From positions 64,001 to 128,000 of the forward strand of contig CAWCMR010000009.1 in the NCBI GenBank assembly GCA_963796685.1: a stretch of DNA of 64,000 nt. Direction: 5' to 3'. Both the position numbers and the translations under genes were made by a program. Positions 31,492 to 43,272 of this stretch are shown piece by piece (positions within the stretch are counted from its first letter, which is position 1; each line of letters opens with the position of its first letter). The stretch comes from an uncultured delta proteobacterium (GTDB lineage: Bacteria; Myxococcota_A; Polyangia; Fen-1088). The notes under the pieces were generated by a model. It saw nothing but the letters and a program-made list of their open reading frames with translations. It did no database searches and was not told the DNA's origin.

Positions 31492-34400
31492 GTCGCGCGG
31501 TCCTTCGGGGCCGCGCGTGGATTGAAACAGTTCCTTGGCGAATACCTGGCTCCCCACACGCTGTCGCGCGGTCCTTCGGGGCCGCGCGTGGATTGAAACT
31601 TCTTCGGCGCGACCGACCAAGACACGTCCGCCAAGTCGCGCGGTCCTTCGGGGCCGCGCGTGGATTGAAACGGCTTCATTCGCGGCGGGCAGTGGGTGCC
31701 AGCGTGGTCGCGCGGTCCTTCGGGGCCGCGCGTGGATTGAAACTGCTGGACACCGTTCCCAGCGCACACGTTCTGCGTCGCGCGGTCCTTCGGGGCCGCG
31801 CGTGGATTGAAACCAGGTGACCGGCGGCTCTTGGGTGAGTACCGGAAGTCGCGCGGTCCTTCGGGGCCGCGCGTGGATTGAAACTTGGGCTCCGGGATGG
31901 CCGTGTGCTCGCCGGTGTCGTCGCGCGGTCCTTCGGGGCCGCGCGTGGATTGAAACTGTTGAGACCCCGCGTTGGTCGACCAGTCGACCCAGGTCGCGCG
32001 GTCCTTCGGGGCCGCGCGTGGATTGAAACAAATACTGATCATGCTGAGTACCCATCTAGACTGTCGCGCGGTCCTTCGGGGCCGCGCGTGGATTGAAACC
32101 AGACTAACGTGGTAGCGCTCCACGGTCCCGTCGGTCGCGCGGTCCTTCGGGGCCGCGCGTGGATTGAAACCATGCGGGTCACTGCTACTTCGCCTTCTGG
32201 ACCGGTCGCGCGGTCCTTCGGGGCCGCGCGTGGATTGAAACCAGGCCAACGCTTCGGACGACTGACCGTCATCTGTGGTCGCGCGGTCCTTCGGGGCCGC
32301 GCGTGGATTGAAACTTCCAGAAGTTTAACGGCAAGTGGAGGATCGATGTCGCGCGGTCCTTCGGGGCCGCGCGTGGATTGAAACCTGGTCCTATTGTTGG
32401 GCGCGAGGGGTGGAATTGTCGCGCGGTCCTTCGGGGCCGCGCGTGGATTGAAACCTGCGCGTTACCGTTTCCGGAGAAGGCGCCCAACGTCGCGCGGTCC
32501 TTCGGGGCCGCGCGTGGATTGAAACTGGATGTGGTGGTGTAGATGGACCAGCTACTGCTATCGTCGCGCGGTCCTTCGGGGCCGCGCGTGGATTGAAACT
32601 AGAATGTGCGCGCATGCTCCTAGCCACTCCACTGTCGCGCGGTCCTTCGGGGCCGCGCGTGGATTGAAACTCTGGGTTGAATGCATTCTTCACCCGTGCG
32701 TAGAGGTCGCGCGGTCCTTCGGGGCCGCGCGTGGATTGAAACGTTGAGTACAAAGCAGTCCAGGAGAGACTGAAAGTCGTCGCGCGGTCCTTCGGGGCCG
32801 CGCGTGGATTGAAACACGTGGTCCATCGCTATTCCTCCTCGTTCACAAGTGTCGCGCGGTCCTTCGGGGCCGCGCGTGGATTGAAACACAGACTCCACGC
32901 ACATCACGAACGCGAGTTACACGTCGCGCGGTCCTTCGGGGCCGCGCGTGGATTGAAACCTGCGGATCTCTAATGCCAATTCACGCGCCCTAGTCGCGCG
33001 GTCCTTCGGGGCCGCGCGTGGATTGAAACAGGCGCTAACGGGCACCACGGCGGGCACGCTCGGTCGCGCGGTCCTTCGGGGCCGCGCGTGGATTGAAACC
33101 TGGCCAGCTACGGCGTGCCCAGGGAGGATGACTGGTCGCGCGGTCCTTCGGGGCCGCGCGTGGATTGAAACGCCGCCATGGCCCCCGTCACGAGGTCGAT
33201 GGGCGCGTCGCGCGGTCCTTCGGGGCCGCGCGTGGATTGAAACCCGAGTAGCCAGAGCATCCAGTCGGCGCGCTCGGTCGCGCGGTCCTTCGGGGCCGCG
33301 CGTGGATTGAAACAGTGCCTCGGCGACGATTGCGGCATTTTGCGCAGGTCGCGCGGTCCTTCGGGGCCGCGCGTGGATTGAAACGAGTTCTCTTGGGCGT
33401 CCGTCGAGATTTCGTTGGGGTCGCGCGGTCCTTCGGGGCCGCGCGTGGATTGAAACTGTGAGCGCCACGGACCACCTCCGAATTGCCTGGGTCGCGCGGT
33501 CCTTCGGGGCCGCGCGTGGATTGAAACCACGGAGAAAAGCCATCGACTGATGATGTCCACCGTCGCGCGGTCCTTCGGGGCCGCGCGTGGATTGAAACGT
33601 CTCACGATTGGCCAGCAACACCAACCCCACCACGTCGCGCGGTCCTTCGGGGCCGCGCGTGGATTGAAACTGGGCAAGGCGACGTGCCTGGCCAGTACCC
33701 GCAACGTCGCGCGGTCCTTCGGGGCCGCGCGTGGATTGAAACCCGGACGTCAGGATACGCAGCCAGCTCTACGGGGTCGCGCGGTCCTTCGGGGCCGCGC
33801 GTGGATTGAAACCGCGGCATTCACGGTCAGGTTGCAGGTCAGGTCGCGTCGCGCGGTCCTTCGGGGCCGCGCGTGGATTGAAACGCGAACTTGCGGTCGG
33901 CACAGTCAACCTAGAACGTCGCGCGGTCCTTCGGGGCCGCGCGTGGATTGAAACCGAATGATGGAGGACGAGGACGTCGCCATCGCCGTCGCGCGGTCCT
34001 TCGGGGCCGCGCGTGGATTGAAACCGAATGATGGAGGACGAGGACGTCGCCATCGCCGAGTCGCGCGGTCCTTCGGGGCCGCGCGTGGATTGAAACCATC
34101 GTCAGGCCGAACGTCTTCACAAGGCACGTGTCGCGCGGTCCTTCGGGGCCGCGCGTGGATTGAAACGATCACGAGCGGTCAGAGACGATTGGACAGTGGG
34201 GTGTCGCGCGGTCCTTCGGGGCCGCGCGTGGATTGAAACTGGTGCTAGCTTCATCGAGTGCGTGGATACGTAGTCGCGTCGCGCGGTCCTTCGGGGCCGC
34301 GCGTGGATTGAAACTAGGGAGCACAGATGGCAACCGACCAGATATATGGTCGCGCGGTCCTTCGGGGCCGCGCGTGGATTGAAACCAGAATATCCAAGGT

Positions 34401-36538
34401 GTCACAAGACTGCGTACAGGTCGCGCGGTCCTTCGGGGCCGCGCGTGGATTGAAACTGTTCCCTTCCCGTTGCCTGGATGGTGGATCGGAGTCGCGCGGT
34501 CCTTCGGGGCCGCGCGTGGATTGAAACGCTGGCGGCTTGGGCGCGCCTTCGGGGGCCTCCGGGTCGCGCGGTCCTTCGGGGCCGCGCGTGGATTGAAACT
34601 GTGGAACGCCCGTACAAATCAGCCGTACTCTGGCGAGTCGCGCGGTCCTTCGGGGCCGCGCGTGGATTGAAACACCGGAGACGAGGGCGAAGATGAGCGC
34701 ATCCATGCGACGTCGCGCGGTCCTTCGGGGCCGCGCGTGGATTGAAACCCAATCGGAGCCTCGAACAACGAAAGCTGTGTGGCGTCGCGCGGTCCTTCGG
34801 GGCCGCGCGTGGATTGAAACTTGTAGTAAGCGTCCGCCCCGCCTACAGCAGGCGTCGCGCGGTCCTTCGGGGCCGCGCGTGGATTGAAACTCAAACCTCA
34901 AGGCGTGGCTTCTGGGCATTCATCACGGTCGCGCGGTCCTTCGGGGCCGCGCGTGGATTGAAACCTCGTACTCCCCGCCGTCACGCCAGGGGACGCGAGT
35001 CGCGCGGTCCTTCGGGGCCGCGCGTGGATTGAAACCGGTCCTTTGAGACCGGCACCGCGTGCGGCGCGCATGGTCGCGCGGTCCTTCGGGGCCGCGCGTG
35101 GATTGAAACGCTGACGGTCTCGGCCTCTTCGACCCAGACAATAGGTCGCGCGGTCCTTCGGGGCCGCGCGTGGATTGAAACCCGCTCGTCAAGCGGATCG
35201 GCCGTCTCTACCTGGTCGCGCGGTCCTTCGGGGCCGCGCGTGGATTGAAACACCACAAGTTCGGTATGCTGGGCGCCGACCCGGCAGGTCGCGCGGTCCT
35301 TCGGGGCCGCGCGTGGATTGAAACTGGGTCACCGACAGCGGCGCGGTCGGCGGCATGGGGTCGCGCGGTCCTTCGGGGCCGCGCGTGGATTGAAACGGGA
35401 GCTCCCCCATCCTCATGCGCGGGCAGTCGGCGTCGCGCGGTCCTTCGGGGCCGCGCGTGGATTGAAACACGTGGTCAGCGTCGCCCATTACTGGCTGCGC
35501 TTGTCGCGCGGTCCTTCGGGGCCGCGCGTGGATTGAAACTACTCCCACAAGGTGGATAAGTTAACCGGGCGCGTGTCGCGCGGTCCTTCGGGGCCGCGCG
35601 TGGATTGAAACAATTATGTGACCGTTGATGCGCAGAAGATTCTTGAGTCGCGCGGTCCTTCGGGGCCGCGCGTGGATTGAAACAAGGTCGAGCCCGAGGG
35701 CTTGGAGGGCTTCGCCAAGTCGCGCGGTCCTTCGGGGCCGCGCGTGGATTGAAACGCCATCGCCGCCGTTATCCGCGCCGGGTTTTTGGTCGCGCGGTCC
35801 TTCGGGGCCGCGCGTGGATTGAAACGCTCCGCCCACCGGGGCCTCGACCTCCTCCCGGAGTCGCGCGGTCCTTCGGGGCCGCGCGTGGATTGAAACAATA
35901 GCGGGTCGGTCGGCCGCCGGCTCGCGCCCAACGTCGCGCGGTCCTTCGGGGCCGCGCGTGGATTGAAACCCGTCTTGAATTGACCACTCCGCCACGTTGT
36001 TCTGTCGCGCGGTCCTTCGGGGCCGCGCGTGGATTGAAACTAATGAAACTCGCCCGCACCGCTCTCGACTTCATGTCGCGCGGTCCTTCGGGGCCGCGCG
36101 TGGATTGAAACTGCATAGGGCAGTGAAGCAACTCTGCGACCTTCGTCGCGCGGTCCTTCGGGGCCGCGCGTGGATTGAAACGAACACGGATCGGCCAAGA
36201 CGCGTCTAGACTCGGTCGCGCGGTCCTTCGGGGCCGCGCGTGGATTGAAACCTTCAAGAAGATGCACCAGAAGCGCTCCCGCCACTGGTCGCGCGGTCCT
36301 TCGGGGCCGCGCGTGGATTGAAACTTGCCGTCGAGGATCCACATGTTGGGCAAGTTCCGCGTCGCGCGGTCCTTCGGGGCCGCGCGTGGATTGAAACCTG
36401 TGCGTGGCCAGATTCAAGAAAATGCAATCGGGTCGCGCGGTCCTTCGGGGCCGCGCGTGGATTGAAACGCTGTGTGGACTTGCTCAGCCGCAAGCGCAAA
36501 CGTCGCGCGGTCCTTCGGGGCCGCGCGTGGATTGAAAC
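31492..36538 (+). CRISPR. Leader-distal array segment, 71 repeats (same repeat)
   Basis: Counted by eye; the final repeat is not degenerate. Confidence 0.98.
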
Positions 36539-36691
36539 CCCTGCCACTCGAGAAAGACCCGGCGTAGATAACGGAGAATTCCCAAGACGGTGCAAATCAC
36601 GGTCTATTTCGCCGCCATCATCGCGCCTGGTCTCACGTGCGCCTCTTCTATCAATCATCGTCGTGTTCGCGCGGCAACATTCGGACGTGCG

Positions 36692-37770
36692 TAGCACCGG
36701 CCACAAGCTCTACGGCCCCACCGGCATCGGCGTGCTTTATGGCAAGCAGCGCCTGCTGGAGGCCATGCCGCCCTGGCAGGGCGGTGGCGACATGATCATG
36801 TCCGTGACCTTCGAGCGGACCACCTACGCGCCGCCGCCGGCCAAATTCGAGGCCGGCACGCCCGACATCAGCGGTGCCATCGCTCTCGCCACCGCCATCG
36901 ACTACGTCGAGTCGTTCGGCATGGCCGCCATCGAACGCTACGAGGCCGAGCTGCGATCACGTGACCGTGTACCTCGACGTCAAGGACGGTGTCGTCCGTG
37001 ACATCAGCTTCCAAGGCGAGGGCTGCGCCATCGCCAGGGCGTCGGCGTCCATGATGACGTCGGTGGTGAAGGGAAAGTCCTTGGCCGACGCCTCCGAGAC
37101 CTTCAAGCGCTTCCGCCAGATGATCACCGGCGGCCAGGATCCCTGCTTCGACCTCGAAGACCTGGGCAAGCTCGCCGCGTTCTCCGACGTAAGCGCGTTC
37201 CCCGTGCGGGTCAAGTGCGCAAGCCTCGCCTGGCACACCTTGAACGCGGCCATGCACGAGACCACGACCGAGCCCACCAGCGGCAGCGAGCCCAGCAAGG
37301 AGCCCTAAAAGTGACGGCGGCCCCCGATCCCCAGCCCGCACCCGACCCGCCCCCCGACCCGCCATCGGGCTCCACCGCCAACGATGCGGCCACCGCCCAG
37401 TTGGAGCGCCTGGTGTGGCAGGAGCTGCGCGAGTGCTACGACCCGGAGATCCCCGTCAACATCGTGGAGCTGGGGCTCGTCTACGCCATGAGGACCGAGC
37501 CCCTGCCCGAGGGCGGCCACCGGGTCGAGGTCCTCATGACCGTGACCTCTACTGCCTGTGGCATGTCCGAGATCCTGCGCAGCGAGGCCGACGCGCGCAT
37601 TCGCAAGCTGCCCGGCGTGGCGCAGGTCGAGGTCGCCATCACCTTCGACCCGACCTGGACCCCCGAGCTCATGAGCGACGACGCGCGCATGATGCTGAAT
37701 TTGTGACTGGAGAGAGCGCAGAGGGCGGAGGAGGGCGCGGAGGGCGGAGAAGCTCGGGAAGGTTTTGCCG
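36692..37770 (+). mobile_element. Long (1,079 bp) IS cargo: sufS fragment (TGHKLYGPTGIG), sufU fragment, sufT (37311-37706)
   Basis: Matches 53012-54090. Confidence 0.9.
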
Positions 37771-39530
37771 ACCGTGGCCGTGCCTCACCCACACAACGCC
37801 CGACACCCGCATCACGCACCTTCCGTGACCTGCTTGCCGAGAACCCTCCTTCATGGAGGCAGCCGCATGCGCAAAACCTGCGACCGGCTACACCTATGCC
37901 CGCCGGGAGCCGGAGAAGACCGCGCTCTTCCAGGTGCTCCAGCAGCACCTGCTCACCTTCGAGCAAGAGTGGACCGACAAGTCCGACGGCCGCACGCTGC
38001 CCAGCTTCGTCACCGACGAGCTACACGACTTTCTAGGGTGCGGAATCTTGGCGCGAGGCTTCGCACAATTCTTGTGCAAAACCTGCCACGAGCGGTACGT
38101 TGTGGCCTGGAGCTGTAAGGGTCGTGGCTTCTGTCCGAGCTGCGGAGGCAGACGCATGAACGCGGGTGCGCTGACTCTGGTCGATCACGTGCTGCCCGAA
38201 GTGCCCATCCGACAATTCGTGCTCACCCTGCCTTTCCCGCTGAGATTTCCCTTGGCCTTCGACGGGAAATTGCTGGGCCAAGTCCTGCGCATCTTCATCG
38301 ACACCGTCGCGTCCAACTATCGCAAGCGCCTGGCAGATCGGGGCATCCCCGACGGCGAGTGCGGCGCCGTCACGGTCATCCAGCGCGCCAACAGCGACCT
38401 GCGTCTCTCACCGCATTTTCACGTTCTCCAGCTCGATGGAGCGTACGCCCCTGGGCCCGACGGCGGTGCGCCCATCTTCCACCCGGCTCCGGAACTTACC
38501 CAAGAGGACATCCTTGCCATCGTCGCGCGCGCCAGTAAGCGCATCCTCCGCTTCCTCCAACGTCGCGGGGTCATCACCCTGGTGACCGCGCCAGGCGACG
38601 GCGAGATCACCGTCGTCACCGACGAGACCATCGGCGAGAAGGATCCGCTCCTGGCTCGCTTGTTGGCCGCCGCCACCGCTGGCGCCTCGCCTGCCGGCCC
38701 TGCGCACAAGCGGGCTCCCGTGCGCATCGTGCTCGACCCTGGCGCCACGCCCGTGGCCAAGGGCAAACTATGCGGCCAGCAAGCAGGCTTCAACCTGCAT
38801 GCTCAAACCAAAGTCGCCGCCAACGACAAGAAGGGTCGCGAAAACCTGTGCAAGTACATCTTGCGCCCGCCTCTCGCCAACGACCGCCTCAAGATCCTCG
38901 ACGACAAAACCGTCAGGCTCGACTTCAAGAAGCCCTGGACGGATGGCACCTCGTCGGTCGACCTTGCGCCGCTCGCCCTCATTGCCAGGCTAGCCGCGAT
39001 CATCCCTCCTCCTCGTCGCCATGTCGTCAGATATTCGGGGGTTATCTCCTCGCACAGCTCTCTCCGCAGCCAGGTCGTCCCCGTCCCCGCCGTGGCGGCA
39101 CCCGAGGAAAAGGACAAGCCTTCACTGCCGCTCTCGCACTATATTTCTTGGAGCCAGCTCCTCAAAAAGACATTCGAGATCGACACCGTCTGCCCTCGCT
39201 GCAAGAGCCCGCTGCATCTCATCGCCATGATCGAGACCGAGGACACCATCAAGAAGATTCTCAAAGCCATGGGACTGCCTACCGAGGCGCCCAAACTCCG
39301 GCCTGCACGACCGCCGCCCTCGCAATCTGGTGGCGAGGGCGGAGACTGGCTGAACTGACGGCACGTCGACCAGGGCGGGTTGGAGTAGACTGCCCTGCGT
39401 GCTCGAGAAAGACCCCGTCAGGCCCCAGAAACCCGGTCACGTGCGCCGTACCGACGTGATCGGGGCCAACCTAATGCGGCCCGGCAGGGTTCTCAGACGC
39501 TCAAAAACCCCCTTCGAATCGCCTATGGCC
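37771..39530 (+). mobile_element. IS91/ISCR-like element copy 3
   Basis: Same ends and length as copy 2. Confidence 0.95.
37853..39358 (+). CDS. IS91-family transposase
   Basis: Protein identical to copy 2. Confidence 0.95.
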   Translation: MEAAACAKPATGYTYARREPEKTALFQVLQQHLLTFEQEWTDKSDGRTLPSFVTDELHDFLGCGILARGFAQFLCKTCHERYVVAWSCKGRGFCPSCGGRRMNAGALTLVDHVLPEVPIRQFVLTLPFPLRFPLAFDGKLLGQVLRIFIDTVASNYRKRLADRGIPDGECGAVTVIQRANSDLRLSPHFHVLQLDGAYAPGPDGGAPIFHPAPELTQEDILAIVARASKRILRFLQRRGVITLVTAPGDGEITVVTDETIGEKDPLLARLLAAATAGASPAGPAHKRAPVRIVLDPGATPVAKGKLCGQQAGFNLHAQTKVAANDKKGRENLCKYILRPPLANDRLKILDDKTVRLDFKKPWTDGTSSVDLAPLALIARLAAIIPPPRRHVVRYSGVISSHSSLRSQVVPVPAVAAPEEKDKPSLPLSHYISWSQLLKKTFEIDTVCPRCKSPLHLIAMIETEDTIKKILKAMGLPTEAPKLRPARPPPSQSGGEGGDWLN

Positions 39531-39852
39531 CGTCTCAACCGACGACAATCTCCTTCTCGAGTACAGCACTCCTCGGGCAAATGTCCGGCCCTATGAGAAA
39601 TCGCTCGCCGACAATCTTTACTTCGTGCGCCGCTTCGCGCCTCGGTCCCTCATCTCGGGAACAACGCTGACGGCGGCACAGTGGGACTCGCTACGCACGG
39701 TTGCCGACCAACCAATTGCTTCACCTTGAAACACCAGCTTGAGGCGAAATCCGCAGGTGCAATTTCCACGCGCATAAGATAGCTTGCAAAGGCCCCCCAC
39801 TGCAATGAGCTACTCGACCTAGTCTGCCGCTAGCCTAGACGAACATGGTAGG

Positions 39853-41835
39853 TTGGCGAAAATGCCCGATCGATGGTGGCGAATATCCAGCCGGGTGAGA
39901 TCCTGGTGCCTCGGTGGATTGGTCTTGTGCCTGGTGCTGGTCTGCTACTGGCCTGCACTGCGAGGCGTTTTCGTATGGGACGACGTCGTTCATGTGACTC
40001 GACCCGAGCTGCGTTCGTGGGCAGGGTTGAGACGCATTTGGTTCGATGCGCGGGCGACACTGCAGTACTACCCGATCCTTCACACCGCGTTCTGGATAGA
40101 ATACCACTTGTGGGGCGAAGAGGCGCTTGGTTACCATTTGGCGAATGTTCTGCAACATGCGGCCTCATGTTGCCTCCTCGTCCTGATTCTGAGTCGGCTG
40201 TCTCGGCCAGAAGCTACCGTCGCAGGACCCACCGGCGAAGCTCGTAAGGTCCCTACAGAGGCCGGCTGGATCGCCGCATTGTTGTTCGCTGTACATCCAG
40301 TCTGCGTCGAATCGGTCGCCTGGATTTCCGAGCAGAAGAACACTCTGTCGTTGCTGTTCTATTTGCTCGCCGCCCTTGCCTACTTTGATTTCCACGCTCG
40401 AAGGCGATGGCGCTCCTACGTACTGGCTTCCATGCTTTTTCTGCTCGCGCTGGGAACCAAGACGGTAACAGCGACCCTGCCGGCTGCCATTCTGTTAGTG
40501 CTGTGGTGGAAGAATGGGCGGTTGCGGTTGCGCAAGGATGCCGTGCCGCTGCTGCCATGGTTCTTGGGGGCCCTGGCGGGAGGACTGCTAACGGCCTGGG
40601 TGGAGCGAAGGCTTCTCGGTGCTGAAGGCGCGCAGTTCAATTTGTCGATTGGCCAGCGCCTGATGCTCTCCGGGCGGGCGATCTGGTTCTATCTGGGCAA
40701 GCTCGTCTGGCCGAGGAACCTGATGTTCTCTTATCCTCGCTGGAACGTACCCGCCGCGGCATCGGGATGGTTCATTTACCTTGCTGGAGTGCTGGGTGTA
40801 ACGGCTGCACTCTGGTGGATTCGCCGACGTAACCGCGGTGCGCTGACTGCGTGGCTGTTCTTTATCGGCTCGTTGTTCCCTGCCCTCGGATTCTTCAATG
40901 TGTATGCGTTTGTATTCTCCTACGTCGCTGACCACTTCCAATACCTGGCGTGTCTGGGCATCATTGTTCCACTAGCGGTCGGCTTTGTCCACCTTCTTGC
41001 CGCAGTAGATCCTAGGGTGCGCAACGGCGGCCGGGTACTGTTGGCCGCTCTGGTACTCGCCATGGCATTTGCGACCCATGGAAGGAGTCGTGTGTATCGC
41101 CATGAGGACGCGCTTTACCGCGAGATGGTTGCCAGCAATCCGACCTTCTGGATAGCGCACAACAACCTCGCGGTCGCGCTCGCAAAGTCGCCAGCCGGTC
41201 TTTCAGAAGCGCTGGCACACTACGAGCAGGCGTTGCAGCTGAAGCCCGACTATGTGGAAGCTCACTACAATCTCGCCAACGCGTTGGCAAAGATGCAGGG
41301 GCGCGGTTTCGACGCAATAGGACACTACAATACCGCACTGAAACTCAATCCCGACTACGCAGAAGCGCACAACAACCTGGCAACCGGGCTTGCCAAGCTC
41401 CCGGGGCTCCTACCAGAGGCATTGTATCATTTCGCGCTGGCTACCAAGTTAAAGCCCGACTATGTGGAGGCGCACTACAATCTCGGGATCGAGCTTGCCA
41501 AGCTACCGGGGCGCATGCCGGAAGCGTTGACTGAGTTTGAGCTGGTGCTGCAGCTGAGCCCGGGTTTTGTCAAGGGCCACGTTGCTCTGGCAGATGCGTT
41601 GGTGAAGATGCCAAGCCGCGCTTTGGAAGCCGTAGCTCAATACGAAGAGGCCCTTCGGATCAATCCGAATTGTGTGGAGGCGCACAATAACCTGGGGGTC
41701 GCCTACGCTCGGCAGGGGCGACCGGAGGAAGCCAGAAAACAATGGCTGCAGGCGTTAGAGCTGAGTCCGGACTTCGAAAATGCCCGAAAGAACCTGACTG
41801 CGTTGGCGGAGGAACAGAAAAGATTGCGCCGATAG
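39853..41835 (+). CDS. TMTC-like membrane GT-C glycosyltransferase with C-terminal TPR repeats
   Basis: FVWDD..YYP..YHLANV..LFAVHPVCVESVAWISE, many TM segments, AHNNL/AHYNL TPRs. Confidence 0.8.
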   Translation: MAKMPDRWWRISSRVRSWCLGGLVLCLVLVCYWPALRGVFVWDDVVHVTRPELRSWAGLRRIWFDARATLQYYPILHTAFWIEYHLWGEEALGYHLANVLQHAASCCLLVLILSRLSRPEATVAGPTGEARKVPTEAGWIAALLFAVHPVCVESVAWISEQKNTLSLLFYLLAALAYFDFHARRRWRSYVLASMLFLLALGTKTVTATLPAAILLVLWWKNGRLRLRKDAVPLLPWFLGALAGGLLTAWVERRLLGAEGAQFNLSIGQRLMLSGRAIWFYLGKLVWPRNLMFSYPRWNVPAAASGWFIYLAGVLGVTAALWWIRRRNRGALTAWLFFIGSLFPALGFFNVYAFVFSYVADHFQYLACLGIIVPLAVGFVHLLAAVDPRVRNGGRVLLAALVLAMAFATHGRSRVYRHEDALYREMVASNPTFWIAHNNLAVALAKSPAGLSEALAHYEQALQLKPDYVEAHYNLANALAKMQGRGFDAIGHYNTALKLNPDYAEAHNNLATGLAKLPGLLPEALYHFALATKLKPDYVEAHYNLGIELAKLPGRMPEALTEFELVLQLSPGFVKGHVALADALVKMPSRALEAVAQYEEALRINPNCVEAHNNLGVAYARQGRPEEARKQWLQALELSPDFENARKNLTALAEEQKRLRR

Positions 41836-41948
41836 CGCCTTCACCCTAAAACACCATCTTGCCCTGTGAATGTGTGTGAAAAGTATGGCATACGGATGTC
41901 AAGCACCCAGACTGTCGATGGCAATCGCGCGGTCCCCGCCATCGCGCA

Positions 41949-43202
41949 TCATGGCGTGTAGGGCTCGCAAGTGCCAGTGCTGTCGCATCCCAGTTTGGGA
42001 GCACACTGCTGCGCATCAGTGCAGTCGCCACCGATTTGCCTCACAGGCACGCACATGTTGGATTTGAGATCGCAGAAGGCAACGCCGGCCTGACAGGAGC
42101 CGTCCACGCAGGGACCCCGACTGGGCGGAATTTGGCAAATGCCGCACTGACAGATTAACCCAATGTCACACCCCGTAGTCGCGGCACCTGGCGTACACGG
42201 ACCGCCGACATCTTGCGCAGTTGAGCAAACCCCGAGCCCGCCGTTGTTGGTGAGGCCACTACAGGTAAGGCCGGGTGAACAGACCTTCGCTGGCCAGGAC
42301 CCCCAGGGAGTGGCGAAACTGCTGATTCCAAGGAATGGCGCATCAGAATCACAGGATTGACCGATTCCAACATATGGACAGCCGACTGCATCTTGGTCCC
42401 CGCACGGCCCAGCAGTGCAGTATTCGTCGACGCAGTATGGGCCTCCAGGGAATGGCGCATTGGTGCAATCACCGGCGGTCGAACAAGGCAGAAGTCTTGT
42501 TGTAGGGGACAACGGCGGGCAAGCCATACCACCATCAACCGGCCCGGCGTCCCGGGATCCTGCATCGGTGAACACCGCATCTGGGGCACAGCTGAACGCG
42601 GCCATGCAAGGGGGAGCGAATTCCCACAGAAAAGTGCCGTGGCAATCTTCCGCTTGTAATAGTTGTAAGCAAGCGCTCTCTTGCTCTGGATCGTAAATAA
42701 CTAGGCCTGTGCGAACCGCCTGAAAGACCGCAGCGCTCGGGAACGGGAACGCTATCGTGTTGGTGAAGCACTGCCGATTGCCCGCACCGGGTTGAGTACA
42801 CGTGGTGAACTGCCAGGATCCAGTGTGGCTCAACGCATCGACGCACTGGCTCGTGACGTATGGGGCAAGGGGCGAGCACCGACTCCAGTAATTGCAACGA
42901 GCCACCGCCAAAGAAAAGGCAACCTGGTCTAGCGGTACGCCGCCATCGAAGCTGACGAAAAGCGGGTCTCCTGGCTCGTTCGCGTCAGCTGGCGGTTGGC
43001 AGGTCACGCCAGTCTCCAGTCCCCCCTCCGATGGTTCCCTACCGTCTGTAATGCCTCCATCTAGTCTCGGCCCAGTGGTCATTCCGCTACATGCCGCGAC
43101 GACACAGCCTGCAACCACGATAAAGATACATAAGCAGGTTAGACGTCGACCGATCCTAGCCATTTGACGGACAAGGTGACTCACAGCGCCGATGCATCTC
43201 AT
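41949..43202 (-). CDS. Cys-rich lipoprotein
   Basis: Hydrophobic leader with VAAC lipobox; many Cys; start uncertain. Confidence 0.7.
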   Translation of the reverse strand: MRCIGAVSHLVRQMARIGRRLTCLCIFIVVAGCVVAACSGMTTGPRLDGGITDGREPSEGGLETGVTCQPPADANEPGDPLFVSFDGGVPLDQVAFSLAVARCNYWSRCSPLAPYVTSQCVDALSHTGSWQFTTCTQPGAGNRQCFTNTIAFPFPSAAVFQAVRTGLVIYDPEQESACLQLLQAEDCHGTFLWEFAPPCMAAFSCAPDAVFTDAGSRDAGPVDGGMACPPLSPTTRLLPCSTAGDCTNAPFPGGPYCVDEYCTAGPCGDQDAVGCPYVGIGQSCDSDAPFLGISSFATPWGSWPAKVCSPGLTCSGLTNNGGLGVCSTAQDVGGPCTPGAATTGCDIGLICQCGICQIPPSRGPCVDGSCQAGVAFCDLKSNMCVPVRQIGGDCTDAQQCAPKLGCDSTGTCEPYTP

Positions 43203-43272
43203 TCGTTGATCCTAACCGATTGGCCGTCCAGAATACCACCCCTTCCTGCAAGCCAATAATTCTGCAGATTGG

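Noticed and set aside
25586-36538. Self-targeting spacers within the window
   Set aside because: None noticed by eye. This was not exhaustive and needs a computed search.
25250-36706. Many ORFs with repeating FQSTRGPEGPRD / VSIHARPRRTAR peptides
   Set aside because: They are translations of CRISPR repeats.
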